Positions 13,701 through 25,800 of a DNA stretch of 64,000 bases are shown piece by piece. A program made the position numbers and the translations under genes. Within the stretch, counting starts at the first letter, position 1, and each line of letters begins with the position of its first letter. A model generated the notes under the pieces. The model worked only from the letters and a program-made list of their open reading frames with translations. It was not told the DNA's origin and did not search any database. Source of the stretch: Azolla caroliniana (lineage: Eukaryota; Plantae; Polypodiophyta); the NCBI GenBank assembly GCA_043228905.1, contig JBHGNT010000006.1, positions 21,142,001 to 21,206,000 of the forward strand, given 5' to 3'.

Positions 13701-14829
13701 CGAAGGATTGTGTCTGGGAAAACGGAGGAGACGCGTGGAGAACGGAGGGCCACGTACCGTGAAGAGCAAACGGGGCATCCCAAAGGATGTGTGCGGCCGA
13801 GCGGGCCAGGCGGACCAAGAGGGTGTACCTCGGGGCGAAGCGGCAACATCGGAGGTTGCGAAGGACACCAAAGACGAGAGCACCGACATTGATATTGGGG
13901 AAGCAACCTACCTTTTCTAAAGGGCATGCAAAGGGCGGAATCCGGAGTGCGAAAGGAGAGATCGGGAGCGCATCCGGAGGACATACGAGGCAGACAAAGG
14001 AAGAGCAACCAGGTTAGCAACGGCATTCGGGAGGGCCGATCGAAGAAGAAGGCACGAACGTCGAATATGGCAGATCGGATGGAGCCACCGGTTCGGGGAC
14101 ACGCGGTGGACGTGGTGGATCGGATGGAGCCGGCGGGTCGGGGCCGATAAGGAGCTGGCAAGATGGAACAACGCCGGTAAGGGATCGGCAAGACGGTTGG
14201 GTGCCGGTCAGGCGAAGGACCCGGTTGATCACTGTCGCCGAAATCTCTCACCCTTTTCCTTTCTTGGCACATACTGGTGGATGTGCGGTTTGGTGGGGGT
14301 GGATGTCGTGAAGATTTCCGGCTATAGTGTGAAACCGGGGTGGAATTGGCAAGTTGGTGGTGTGCAACATGTGCACATGTATATTAGGATATGGTGTATA
14401 GAAAGAGGGGAAATTTTATCCCACATTGTAAGGTCCTTCCCTCCTTGGGCTATAAAAGGAAGGGAGGGGTCACTTATGAAGGGCTGCCTATTTTGCGTAT
14501 GAAAGGTATACCACTTAGCCTAGAGTTCTTACCGTTTTAGGGTTAGGGTTTCGTTTAGGGTTTTCCGTTTCATCTTCGGTTAAGGTTTTCTCATAGTCGT
14601 TTGGTGCGGCCCATGCGGCCACCATTGTTGTAATCATTCGTTTGCTTTAATATATCTTGTTGAGCATCTTGCCTTGGCCGATCTCTCCTTCTATGTCATG
14701 GTCTTATTCTTCCCTCTTCTCCTCTTGAGCTAAGCCTCCATATCATGTCTTATCCTTTCTCCTCTACTCCCTAGTCCGAGACCCCCGTGGTCCCGCCCCT
14801 TCCACACGCACACGTGTAACAACGTGACA
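10779..14829 (+). mobile_element. Non-autonomous gag-only LTR element C (TR-GAG/LARD-like)
   Basis: LTRs 10779-11307 and 14304-14829; TSD CCGG/CCGC; PBS tggtaaaccgacgtga 11312-11327; PPT just before 14304; no pol motifs inside. Confidence 0.88.
11427..12779 (+). CDS. Gag-like protein of element C with acidic low-complexity tail
   Basis: N-terminus VERVVDRVDRLNGDEVPSFLEAYKAEMMRRG aligns by eye with Gypsy B gag VERLVQRNGQFNGKDVS*YLRDYKEEMLRCG; in-frame ATGs further upstream are not excluded. Confidence 0.6.
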   Translation: MAQQAVERVVDRVDRLNGDEVPSFLEAYKAEMMRRGVNEVMRLEYFPRVAAVLVHKEVKELREAHESWESFEGALLDAYGYAKPEWLCRQPDGERSATTWPTSGGEERAVSGYALPSEESSTRDQPEEYDLEALIWEACESMKAKFEAKEGLIMELGRRRSEDAGEEASLCVDDGAYTEGGRACNDEDVGEGAGQATLSSCGKGTAMDEAGGYEARSTTSRVGGGFGTRWPKTPSGEETSGGARTLPTPILETPASGPRAGVRPRVMNGGDGKAGNRDDDKEIEEEEATSVIEASAIGDGVATDNDVRIEVATDITSSGAGILPTPVLEALAVGPSAGVRPRATGGGNGKAGNRDEDEDVRLGTGIYKRTDGEVRSGKEEGVGNRPDRKMNRSIIRHDRKTMRKKIGAGSGQPGPNRRRAGRAGFVRTNMYRPVTITEGSRQNQNSIGRD

Positions 14830-16975
14830 CCGCTTGATATCAGGTTCAATCGAACCTCTGGAACGTGTCAGACATCCTTCAGCAGCAACTTGCATCCGGT
14901 TGATGTCGTCAACAACACATGTCCTATGCCGATAATTCGGCATGTCCCTTCATTCCCCATATGGACACAACCGTGCTCACCGGCTGGGTAGGATGAGAAG
15001 CATTTCCAGTCTGGGATAAGGTGGAACGATGCTCTGGAATCGACAACCCACGTTGTCTCATCAATGGCAAGGTTCAACTCACTCTCCTCGGTGATGAGCA
15101 TTAGTTCTTCACTTGCCGCGATCGCCATCGTTACCTTCTGGTCTGGGCCTCGCCGATCCGAACCATTTCGGTCCAGTGACTTCTTCGAATTGGTATTGTC
15201 AGTTCCCTTGTCTTTCCGGAAATGCCGACAGTTCTTCTGGAAGTTCCCTAGCTTGCCGCAATAGAAGCAAGTGGGCCTCCCCCTGGACTTTGACCGTGTC
15301 CTCGACTTTTCCCGGTTCTGGGGACTTCGATTCCTTTGTCTTCCGCGTTCCAATTCGGTAAGAAGGGCTTTGGTGTCGAAGATCACCTCCTTGTCTTTCC
15401 GATGCGCCTCCTCATCTATCAAGCTCGACTTGACTCTTGCTAGGGATAGTTGTTTTCCTTCCGGCTCGGCGTTGCCCAACGTGACAACTAACGTCTGCCA
15501 GCTATTTGGGAGGGAACCGAGCAAGAGTAGAGCAAGTACCTCATCGGCGAAAGGTACTTCCAAGGAGGTTGATTGGTGTATCAGCCCTTGGAAGGCATTT
15601 ATGTGCTCCGCCATACTGGAGCCGTCTTGGTACTGGAGCCTCACTAGCTTCCGAAATACCGAAACCCGATTAACGACATTCTTGTTCTGGAACATGATGC
15701 CAATCTTCTCCTAGAGTTCATGAGCCTTGCTCTCTTCATTGAAGTTGTTGTACAAGCTCATGTCGATGAAGCACCGGATGTATGCCGTCGTGTTCATGTG
15801 CATCACCTCCCACACCGTGGCGTCGATCTTATCCGGTCTCTTGTCCCCGAACTGAACCGGCAACCAAAGATCTTTAACCACCAGCATGTTCCTCATCTTT
15901 GACTTCCACATTGAGTAGTTGGAGCCAGTGAGCTTGAACATGCCACCGTAAGATTCTTCCATTTCATGTGTTGTTAGCTTTGATACCAATTTGTAGAGAA
16001 ATGTGCTAAATACCGCTCGGCCACAACCGAGTAGTAAAACACTTCTATAAGAATCAAACACAGAAATGGGAAGTGGAGAGTACACAAGGAAAAATGACAT
16101 AGGATGTTTACGTGGAAAACCCTAATAGGAAAAACCACGGGAGCCCACAGACTCCGAATTATCACTATGAAGAGAAAGGGGTACAATTAGAGACTCGGAG
16201 GCAAGGACCTCGAGCTCTATTTCTTCGCACAGTGGCGGTTACGACAGAGTATCGCTTTGTCTCTCTGTCTCTCTCTCTCTTTGTACAATAGTTACAACAA
16301 TATCACAACAACACAATCACACACTAAAGTGATTGTCCTAAGTCATATTTATTTATCACTGGATCCCATCTGGAGAGACCGATTTCCCAACACGAACTTC
16401 AACCGCAGTTCTCGAACAAGATCGACAAGGTCTTCGGCGAACAAGCCGGAAAGAACCATGTCATCCACGTGTACGATGAGGAAGATGGGTGACCCATCCT
16501 GAGCTTTGATCGAGAAGAGGTAATGATCCTCATCGTTCTTTTAAAGCCAATAATATGGATGAAGTCATCAAATTTTCTGTACCACTGGCTTACTGCTTGC
16601 TTTAGGCCGTAAAGACCCTTCCTCAGTCGGCAGACTAGATGCTCTTGGCCGACTGCAACAAAGCGTTTCGGCTGCTCCATGTAAATTTCCTCCATTAGAT
16701 CACCATGGAGGAAGGCTTTCTTTACATCTAATTGAATAAACTCCAAATCTTCGACTGCCACGACGCCGAGCAAAATTGAAGAGTCGTCATTTTCACCACT
16801 AGTGAAAAAATTTCGTTGAAGTTGATAGCGTATTCCTACTGGAAACCCTTCGCTACTAATCTAGCTTTGAATTTGGAATTTGCCGAATTGAATGTCTCTT
16901 TGAGTCGATAGACCCACTAGCATGGAAGACCACGTCGATTTTTCAGTAGTTCAACTATGTCCCAGGCCTTATTAT

Positions 16976-17005
16976 AACACGTTTGCGTTCAAAAGTGTAA
17001 GAATC
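16976..17005 (+). repeat. Left terminal inverted repeat
   Basis: Reverse complement of 26991-27020 with 3 mismatches. Confidence 0.92.
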
Positions 17006-17361
17006 GCGCAAAAATGGAAGGATAAGGAATATTCCCTCAAAATTTGGAGTTTATATACTCTATTCACAAAACGTAATGATACCAGTATCACATGTTCTCA
17101 AAATGTCGTTGGAAAACCTCAAAAAATCATCATTTCCTAAACTTGGAAAAATGCTAAAATTATGCTATAATCGAAACGGTACAATGTTCACTATCACTAA
17201 GAAGTCAAGATGTAATGTATTTTGTAACAAACAATGTCTGTAGAAAGCAATAATATTTCTAAACATAATTTACGCATATTTCGAGTATTACAAACGACAC
17301 TCTCTTACATTAGATACCAAAATATCATTGAGGAGTGTAAAATTTACAAAAATCACTCGTA

Positions 17362-20095
17362 TCATGATCCTGAGTCACTACTATAACTAATATACAATGC
17401 AGATTGTTCCTCGTCATCTTTGGATGTACCTATTAAGGCATTGTCTTCATCTAAGACTAGATGTTGACATTCCATGTTATGTATAGACGACCTTGTTTGC
17501 CTTCGACATGAGACCCCTTGTAGAATAGGTAATTTCTCCTTGATAATATCTATTGTAGACTTCCTGAGACGTCCAACTTTTGTTAGTGTGAAGTCGTAAA
17601 CAATAATATCTACGTCACCAATGTCTAGGCATGTAGTGCTACGGATATTTCTTTTCCTCTTTCTATTCCTCCTTGACCGTGGACATTCCATCATCTCTAA
17701 AGCATACTTGCCGGTAAAGGCATTTTTGCTTTTAGTGTTGTACCAATGCACCTTTATAGACTGAATTTGGCTTTGGTTCTCATGCATCACCACATCTAAA
17801 ACCTTACCAATCCAAAATTGATGTCCCAACTCATTATCATCAACAGGTGTAGCAATTAACATACCCATCTTCAATTCTTGCAAGTTCCCTTGCCACCTTG
17901 CTTCCACTATTTTTGTCAGCCTGGGTCCAACATATATGTCCGTTTCTGGTGGATGGAGCAAGCTATCATTAATCGCATTAGGTGCAAGAGGAGAAGTCTG
18001 AGAATTACGACACTGTTGTATATTCCAGGTGAAGGGTATTTGCACGGTCCAAGTACCAAGGACACAATTGTGAACAATTTGTTCTTGATCTTTAAAGAAC
18101 ACATCCCACCATGATGTGTCTTGTTCCCCAGCATACTTCTTCGCATTGTCAATGTGCTTGCGTTTGTCTTGCAGCGCTTGCATCCAAACATCCTTTGGAT
18201 TATCAACTAGTACATTGGTGACAACTTTCTTAGTCTCAATTGGCATTTGTCCTGCACCATAAACAAAAGTGGAAGGCATATGAAGTAGAAACTGACACCT
18301 GCCTTCAGGCTCCCATTGGGGGAGGATGAATACGGCTTTGCATATAATAATGTACAACCACTCTGATCATTTTTATTTATTAAGAATACGTGGTCGAAGC
18401 TTATATTATTTAAGGGCGCTAACACTTTGGCATTTCGCTCACCACCATCTAATATGTATCTCTTGAAATCATATATTTCCTTCAAGTGTTCCACGATTGG
18501 GTGTGGCGTATATGCATCATGAATGATGTCAAACAACTTAGGTAACGTAAAAGCATCATATTGTGATAACTGCCTAGAGAAGTTACTGAACATCTCATCG
18601 ATATGGTCATGTGTCTGACCAGAAAGTTAACTTTCACTTTCCTAAAAATTCCTTGGTTCACCAGCATACTTAGATAACCAAACACTGTAGAATTTTTGTT
18701 TTCCCAAGCAGTATTGTCTAGTTGAATATATAAAACCGGCGGCAAAGACTGCCCCCAAGACATCAATACTTTTTGAATCACAGTGATTGTTAAATTAGGG
18801 TCATTGTGGACATTTGGGTAGGTGATGAAGACATGAGGCTTCACACTTCCATTATAGGCTAAACAACCCACCAAGTGCATTTGCACGAGACAATCGTCGT
18901 TGACATCTTTAGGAAGACGTTTAAGATGTGGTAGACACGTCTTCTTTTGGTCCATTCCATTTATCATTAAACACATGTACTTAGTTGGATTGTTTATCGA
19001 CTTTTCCCCATGGTGCATAGCTCTTTTTCGCTCTAATGTTTGGGCTTCTCGGTGATCTTGTAACAATTTCTTGTTTAGCTCCTTCTCTGTCGCTGTCTTT
19101 GCCCCTTTACACACACTCTTTAGGTTTGCACATACTGAACAATACCCCATACGTACTTTCCAAGGTATAATAATATTACTAAAGTGCAATGTCCACAACC
19201 TTGTGAATTGACTGTAGGTGACATACTTGTCGCAACAAGTTGACATTTCCAATCTATAGGAATCATAAACTTCTCGACGTGTATAATTGGCATTACCTAC
19301 CGATAGTTGGCATTATCTCACAATTGAACTTGAAGTATGTCTTCATCCAGGAGATCACATTTCTACCTGATGCACCCTTCATACTTGGCAAATTATCATC
19401 TTCAATGCGATTGTTGCCGTTTAAAACTCTCTGTTGCACTCTATGTAATCTCATGTTGCTAACACAAAGTGCGATCTTGAATGCCACTCTACAACATTGT
19501 TGTGCCGTAAAAAGGTAATACTCGAAAGATATCGAGATATCTGAGGCTTTGTCTGACACCATAAGTGTGTCATAAGATAGGTGTCTTGTTCATCACCATT
19601 GAGTGAAAAATAGTAACGTCTCAAAGACCGCAAGTTTTGCTTTCCAATAATCGCCATACACCCACGAGCGCAACATGTCTTTTTAACATCTACCGTAAGT
19701 TGGGCCTCAAATGTCACTAAAGCAAATCTTTCTCGACTAATACGTCTTGAGACCCTTTTGAAAAATAAGGGGCTCACTGATTTATTGTCATCCTTAGGTG
19801 ATATTGGTGTGTCCTCCTCTTGGCGCACATTGGTTCTCTGTTGCTGGGTAGAAATACTTTTGGGACTTTGACAATCACCTACATTCTCACCCGAGTCCGC
19901 GTATGGGTCATACTCTTCAATTGAGAATTCAGGGCATCTTGTCGAATTGATTGGACTGTCGGAGATTATATACTCCGCAACGGAGAAATTAGAATCTTGA
20001 GACCAATGGTATTCTTCTACCGAAAACCCGAGAGAAGGTGAGGAATCCGATGACAGTTGATATTCCTCAACAGAAAAGGGTGAATTATTTCCCAT
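17362..20095 (-). pseudogene. Transposase, Sola-like/DUF7869-type, frameshifted
   Basis: Overlapping ORFs give CRVAF..., CSVC..H, INGMDQKKT, YIQLDNTAWENKN, then after a frameshift GQTHDHIDEMFS; this is the DGMDQ / QLDNxxxENKN / GHTHxxID pattern of this transposase group. Confidence 0.75.
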
Positions 20096-20837
20096 TGTTT
20101 GACGTTCTAATATCCTTTATATTTCACTCCCTAAGCATACATATTGTAAGACATACTTAAACTACAAATAGAATTCTAAGGAAGTATATATGTATTTTGC
20201 ATATTTTATTATATAATGTTTTCTATATTTCTATTTGTTATAAATAAAATTTGATCACGTGTACACGTCACATAATTGCATAATACCACTATCCTCACCC
20301 AATTAGTGAATGTTCTCAAGATCAAAATCATTAGACTACCATAAATGTAGATAAGTATACTCAATCATAGGACTGACCTTGCACATGAATTAAATCATAA
20401 TAAGTACTAGCTCATAATAGGTACTAAATCATAATACACATAAGTATGAAATCATAACTACTAGATCATAATGATCATATTACACATAAAGTATAAAGGT
20501 AATCATTATTTTATGATAATAATAAATACGAATTCTCAGATAAATAACTAAAGGCACTATTGGCATTTAATTGTAACCGTGGTTACTTTTTAAACTATGG
20601 TCCCTTCCCCTCCCATAAATAGAACCGACCTCTCTTTTTCATTCCCCATAGTTGAGCGTAACCACTGCCTAGAGCGCCAAAGCACAGACGTGAGAACTCC
20701 CAAGATACCTCACGCATCCCCGAACCGACACGATCATCATGTCGACCAAAAAGACTGCCCGTTCTGACAGTAGGTAGGATCTAAACCCTAAACTGTACGG
20801 ACATATGACCATCTACATGCTTTTTATTTCGTATTAG

Positions 20838-21466
20838 AACTCATTACGCCGTATCTCGTGCCTCCTAAGGCTAGAACTAGATACGTCGTAGCGAGTTAAG
20901 ACTCCCAACTCGACACGGCGTATCGAGTTATGTTCCCCAACTCGTTACGGTGTATCACGTTATGCCTCCTAGGGCTACAACTCGATACGCCGTATCGAGT
21001 TGGGGGACATATCTTGATACGCCGTATCGAGTTGTGCCTCCTAGAGCTACAACTTGATATGGCGCATCAAGTTGTGGGACATAAATCGATACGCCATATC
21101 GAGTTGTGGCTCCTAGGGCTACAACTCGATACGCCGTATCTAGTGGCTTAACATAACTCGATACGGCGTATCGAGTTGCGATACGCCGTAACGAGTTGGG
21201 GGACATAACTCGATACACCGTTTCGAGTTATGCGTCCCAACTCGTTTCGGCTTGATACGGCGTATTGAGTTGTGGCTCCTAGGAGCCTCAACTCATTACG
21301 TGAGGACTTAACTCGTTACGGCGTAACGTGTTGTGGCTCCCAGGGCTAAAACTCGATACGACGTAACGAGTTGGGTGTCTTAACTCAATACGCGGGGGCC
21401 TTAACTAGATACGGCGTATCGAGTTGTGGCTCCCAGGACTTAAACTTGATACGCCGTATTAAGTTG
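20838..21466. repeat. Array of ~17-19 palindromes, consensus AACTCGATACG-N-CGTATCGAGTT, with 9-nt and 17-nt linkers
   Basis: Perfect copies at 20979, 21155; near-perfect copies at 20907, 21207, 21349, 21403; linkers gggggacat-like and gtggctcctagggctac-like. Confidence 0.9.
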
Positions 21467-22036
21467 GGGGTCATAACACATATTAGACCAAAAATAAGTA
21501 GTAAAATAGGTTCAACAATTCTAAATTAGGTCAAAATACGGTCAAATTGGGTCAATACAGTTGATATTTAGGTATTGCTGGGGATACCAAAATCTTAATG
21601 ATTTTAGTGTTCGGTGGACTATGAGACATTAAATATACATTTTCCTCTGTCCAATCCCTAGGTTTCACATCCATAAGTATATTGGATTGCTAATTTGACG
21701 TTCCAAACTACCAATCTGCATACTGTATATAATTTGTCACCCCATAATTTGAGATTTTATAGGTTTAGGTTCATCTGTTGTATTATTTTATGCAGGTAGG
21801 CTGACACTAAGGAGGAGGAGAGGCCACTCAGCAGAATTTGGATTAAGTATCAAAGCTCACCTCCAGACAACACAAAGATCCCTGTTGTGACATATCCACA
21901 AAAGGGAAAGAAACTCATGTTTGAAGATGAAATCGTGAGGCTGCCGTCTGACGAGGTTAGTCAGAAAACATCTACCGCGGTTGGAGGAAGTGATGACCAG
22001 TTAGATATAGACTTAATTGGATATGAGTGGGCAATG

Positions 22037-22527
22037 TGTTGGTAGACAGGTCCCTCCGGATGGGAAGGGAGAAGAACAGTGCCGACGAACAAACTCGGCC
22101 GAGGCCGACAAGCCGAGGCCGAAACGGTATGAACCGGATGAGGAGAACCCGACTTCGGAGAGTCGGATGGTGTAGGCCCGGTATGAACCGGATGAGGAGA
22201 ACCCGACTTCGGAGAGTCGGATGGTGTAGGCCTGGTATGAACCGGATGAGGAGAACCCGACTTCGGAGAGTCGGATGGTGTAGGCCCGGTATGAACCGGA
22301 TGAGGAGAACCCGACTTCGGAGAGTCGGATGGTGTAGGCCCGGTATGAACCGGATAAGGAGTACCCAACTGCGGAGAGCCGGATGGAGCCCATCGAGGCT
22401 ACAGTTGTAAATAGCCGAAAAGTCATATTAGTATATATATGACTTAGGGCAAACTTTTAGTTAGTGGTTGTCATTCTAGTTGTTATTCTTTCTTGTTGGT
22501 GCAAGAAGAAATCAGAGCGGGTAACTG

Positions 22528-22562
<35 letters not shown>

Positions 22563-22847
22563 GAGGTCGTTGCCTCTGTTGTAACCGCCGCCTGTGGCGA
22601 AGATCTGAGAACACGAGGTCGTTGCCTCAGTGATCTCACTGTTGTATATTTCTGCATAGTGACAGTTTGCAGCTCGTGGGCTGCCGTGGTTTTTCCCCTA
22701 TTTTGGGGTTTTCCACGTATACCTCCTGTGTACCATTTCTCCTCTTCTTTTTTCTTTTGTGTCGCGTTTCATTACCTGTTTTCTGTGCATGAAAAGAATC
22801 TCGGTTGTGGCCGAGTGTCGGACATAAGGAACGTCGAGTTCTCAACA
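22037..22847 (+). mobile_element. Solo LTR inserted in exon 2 of the methyltransferase gene
   Basis: TGTTGG...CTCAACA; TSD CAATG at 22032-22036 and 22848-22852; removal restores ...GYEWAMQYVDS... Confidence 0.92.
22126..22385. repeat. 54-bp tandem repeat (~4.5 copies) within the solo LTR
   Basis: Unit ggtatgaaccggatgaggagaacccgacttcggagagtcggatggtgtaggccc. Confidence 0.9.
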
Positions 22848-25800
22848 CAATGCAATATGTAGACTCGAAAAAGAAAGTAGTATTATTAGTTACCAAACTG
22901 GATGGACGTGGTATGCTTGCTCAAGATCGTGCATTTAGCTATGGCAAAATCTTACGACTGGACTATGAAGATGCAGACTCAACTAATTTGATTGTATTAG
23001 TCAACTGTACAAAAGGAGTTCGACAGATGATGGTCTCCAAAGACTACTTGTTGAAGGATTCATGCGGGCCAGAATCCTTCCGACATGCTATAGAGACAAG
23101 TACTACCTTAATAACAACACTGAGGCCATAGATTCATGGTCATGTTAATTTGAAGACAGCCTCCTTATCGCCCATTAAAGCACCAATAAGGAAATCTATA
23201 GTGCAGTCCAGGCCCTCAAAAAAGAAGGTGACGAGAATGTCAGATTCTGAGTCATCGAGTTCCACAAAGGATGAAGAGGCTCAAGCTACACCAGGAGCAG
23301 AGCTGGCATCTGGTGTGTTCTCAGCAGAACAAAATAAAATTAGAAGGGACTTAATACATAGAAAACTTGTGTGGAAGGGGCAAGTTTTTAACCTTCCGAT
23401 AACCCATATTCATCGGCCCCCAGTGGATGAGAATACAAGACGTCGCCCTTTGGAGATCAAGGAACCACATAAGCTGCACGTACAAAATTTAAAGAAGAAG
23501 ATGAAAATCAACCCTCATGCAACGGTCGTGCCTTTTATTGTAATGGTGGATCCTCTTGAGTGCTCTAAGCTAGAGGATTTTGATATTAAGAAGCACGATC
23601 AATACAATTATTTTGTGATTGGAGGATCTCACTCGGCAGAGGCCAGACGACAATTAGTCCGCGAGCATCCCACAACGTTTTTCTTCAAATATGCGGAATG
23701 CAAAATTTATGTGGGGTTAACAATTGAGGAGGCGAAGTTGTTAGCATGGGACCACAATAACGACAATGACTACTGGCAAAAGATGTCCTCCATCAAACGC
23801 ATTAGATTTTTTCACCACAAGTACCTTGACGGGAAAACCAAATATGGAGTGAAATTATATCCAGCTCTACGACATCAATGTCTCCACGAAGTGGGAATTG
23901 TGGTGGACGATGCGGTGAAGTCTGATGGAATCAGAAAGTATGAGCCGTGGTTTCAACTCGCATTTAGGGATGGAGGAGTCTGGGAACTCCAAGATCAAAT
24001 ATTTACGATGTGGGAGAATAAGGAAGTGAAGGGTCAAAGATAGAAGAAGTCGAAAGTTGACCCTCAATTAGAATTGAAGAGCTCAGCTGCGAAGAAGATA
24101 GAGGTTACCATTGAGGAAGCAGTAGATGATATGAAGTTGTCTTTATGGAGGGCAATGCAAGGGATCAAAGATGAGCAACTTCTTATATCTGTGCTTTCAA
24201 GAGTTGTAGCAAAGGAGCTGAGCCTAGAGGAAATGGTTACGGAGTTCAACAAGTAAGGTCTTACTAAATTTTTTATGGTTTATCTTGTTTTATGAAATGA
24301 ATTTTTAATGTTGGTTTATAAATTTTCAGCCACAAAGTCTATATGAAAATACAAGAAGTGATGATGAAGCAACTAGGTTGCTTATCGTGGGAACAAGTGA
24401 CTGAAGAATATATGATAATGTCTTCGTACAAGGAGTTATCAGAATATTTCACTGCATTTAAGGATTGGGTGAGTATAACTCTTTGTTTGATCGATTTGTG
24501 GTGGTCCATCCTGTGTATCACTATAACTTTGTTGATGTCTTACTTTTTTTAGAAACCATGTCGGAGTAAGAGGCCTGGTGAAATAAAGGATATACATGAC
24601 TTTCCAACATCCTTTCTTGCGCATCTTGAAAGGGCTAGAAAAGAGAAGGATGGACGCTTGGAAAGGGCGTTTGAAGTGGAAGATGACGGCACCTTCAAGA
24701 AGTTTAGCCACAAAAAAGACATCATTAGAGATCTGTACTACAATGTTTATTGTGGGGATGTTGCTGACATGATCCAGAAGCTGCCAAAAAAAGAGTATAC
24801 GTTAATGGTAGCTGATATTCCATACGGTTTTCATATGGCTGGTTCGATCTACGATGACGAACCTTTTAGGTTCATGCAGTTGGAAAAAATGGTAAAAGAT
24901 CTCGCTGACTTGACCACCACTTCCTTGTGGAGAATTGTAATATTTCATAGCATGGATCAGGGATATTCCGTGGTGCAAGCGTTGAGATCTGGTTGCCATG
25001 GAATTGAGAACCTTGCTTGGTAAGGATTTTATCGAAAGCACTGTATCTCAATAGGAATTATATATTATAATTTAAACTGCTTATAACTTTTTTCTCAATG
25101 GTCAGGATTAAAACCAACGTAAATAGGGGACCGACTTTTCGGTTCGTTAACGCAATGGAATATATAACAGTTGGTTATTATGATGAGATCAAGAAGCAAA
25201 GAATCAAGGAGCATTCGAATGAGGTGGGGTGCTCAAACCTGCTCGTATATCCAGCCGTGACACGGAAGCTTCGACATGTGACCACGATTGAGCGTGGGCT
25301 TGTGAATCCCTACCAGAAGCCCCAACATTTAATGATGCGCCTTGTGGAGATGTTTTTGAATGAAGATGACTGGATATGTGACTTGTTTTCTGGCACAGGT
25401 AAATGGTCGAATAATTTTCCCAATGTGTTGAAGGTTTTATTTATATTTAGACCTATGATAATACTCATTATTTCTTATATATGGTGTTTAGGCACCACTT
25501 CGGCATGTGCTTTGAAGCTTTTTTGAAATTCGGTCGCATTGGAGAAAGATGAGGAGCAGGTGAACTTCATCAACATGAGGCTTCGCGCGCTTTGGGAATG
25601 CCCCAATCAAGACAAGGAGGTAGGGGCCAAACATGTGGCAGATACCGAACGTTTTCAACCTGCCTCCCATGAGCCGATTCCTCCTTTGGTTGGTGAACCT
25701 GGGGAACTCGTAGAGCTTGACGATGACTTAACAGAGGACCCCACAGTAGCGAGTGTATTTGGAGTGGATACTACCGCGCTAAAAGTGGATGATAGTTCAC

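Larger units (their letters stand above)
592..16392 (-). mobile_element. Ty1/Copia element A, decayed; hosts two nested Gypsy-type insertions
   Basis: 5' LTR 15992-16392; PBS tggtatcaaagc (tRNA-iMet type) 15977-15988; gag with CFYCGKLGNFQKNC knuckle and PR WVVDSRAS 14868-15965; integrase 9777-10700; RT 8699-9440; RT/RNase H 690-1449; PPT 636-646; only ~40 bp of the 3' LTR remain (592-635). Confidence 0.92.

Noticed and set aside
12792-14272. Many overlapping ORFs as real genes
   Set aside because: GC-rich internal region of element C gives stop-poor frames on both strands, with no recognisable motifs
20838-21466. CRISPR array
   Set aside because: Linkers are only 9 or 17 nt and recur instead of being unique spacers; no cas genes; eukaryotic context
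21961-22426. Repeat-protein ORFs (PVHTGPTPSDSPKSGS)n
   Set aside because: Translation of the 54-bp tandem repeat inside a solo LTR
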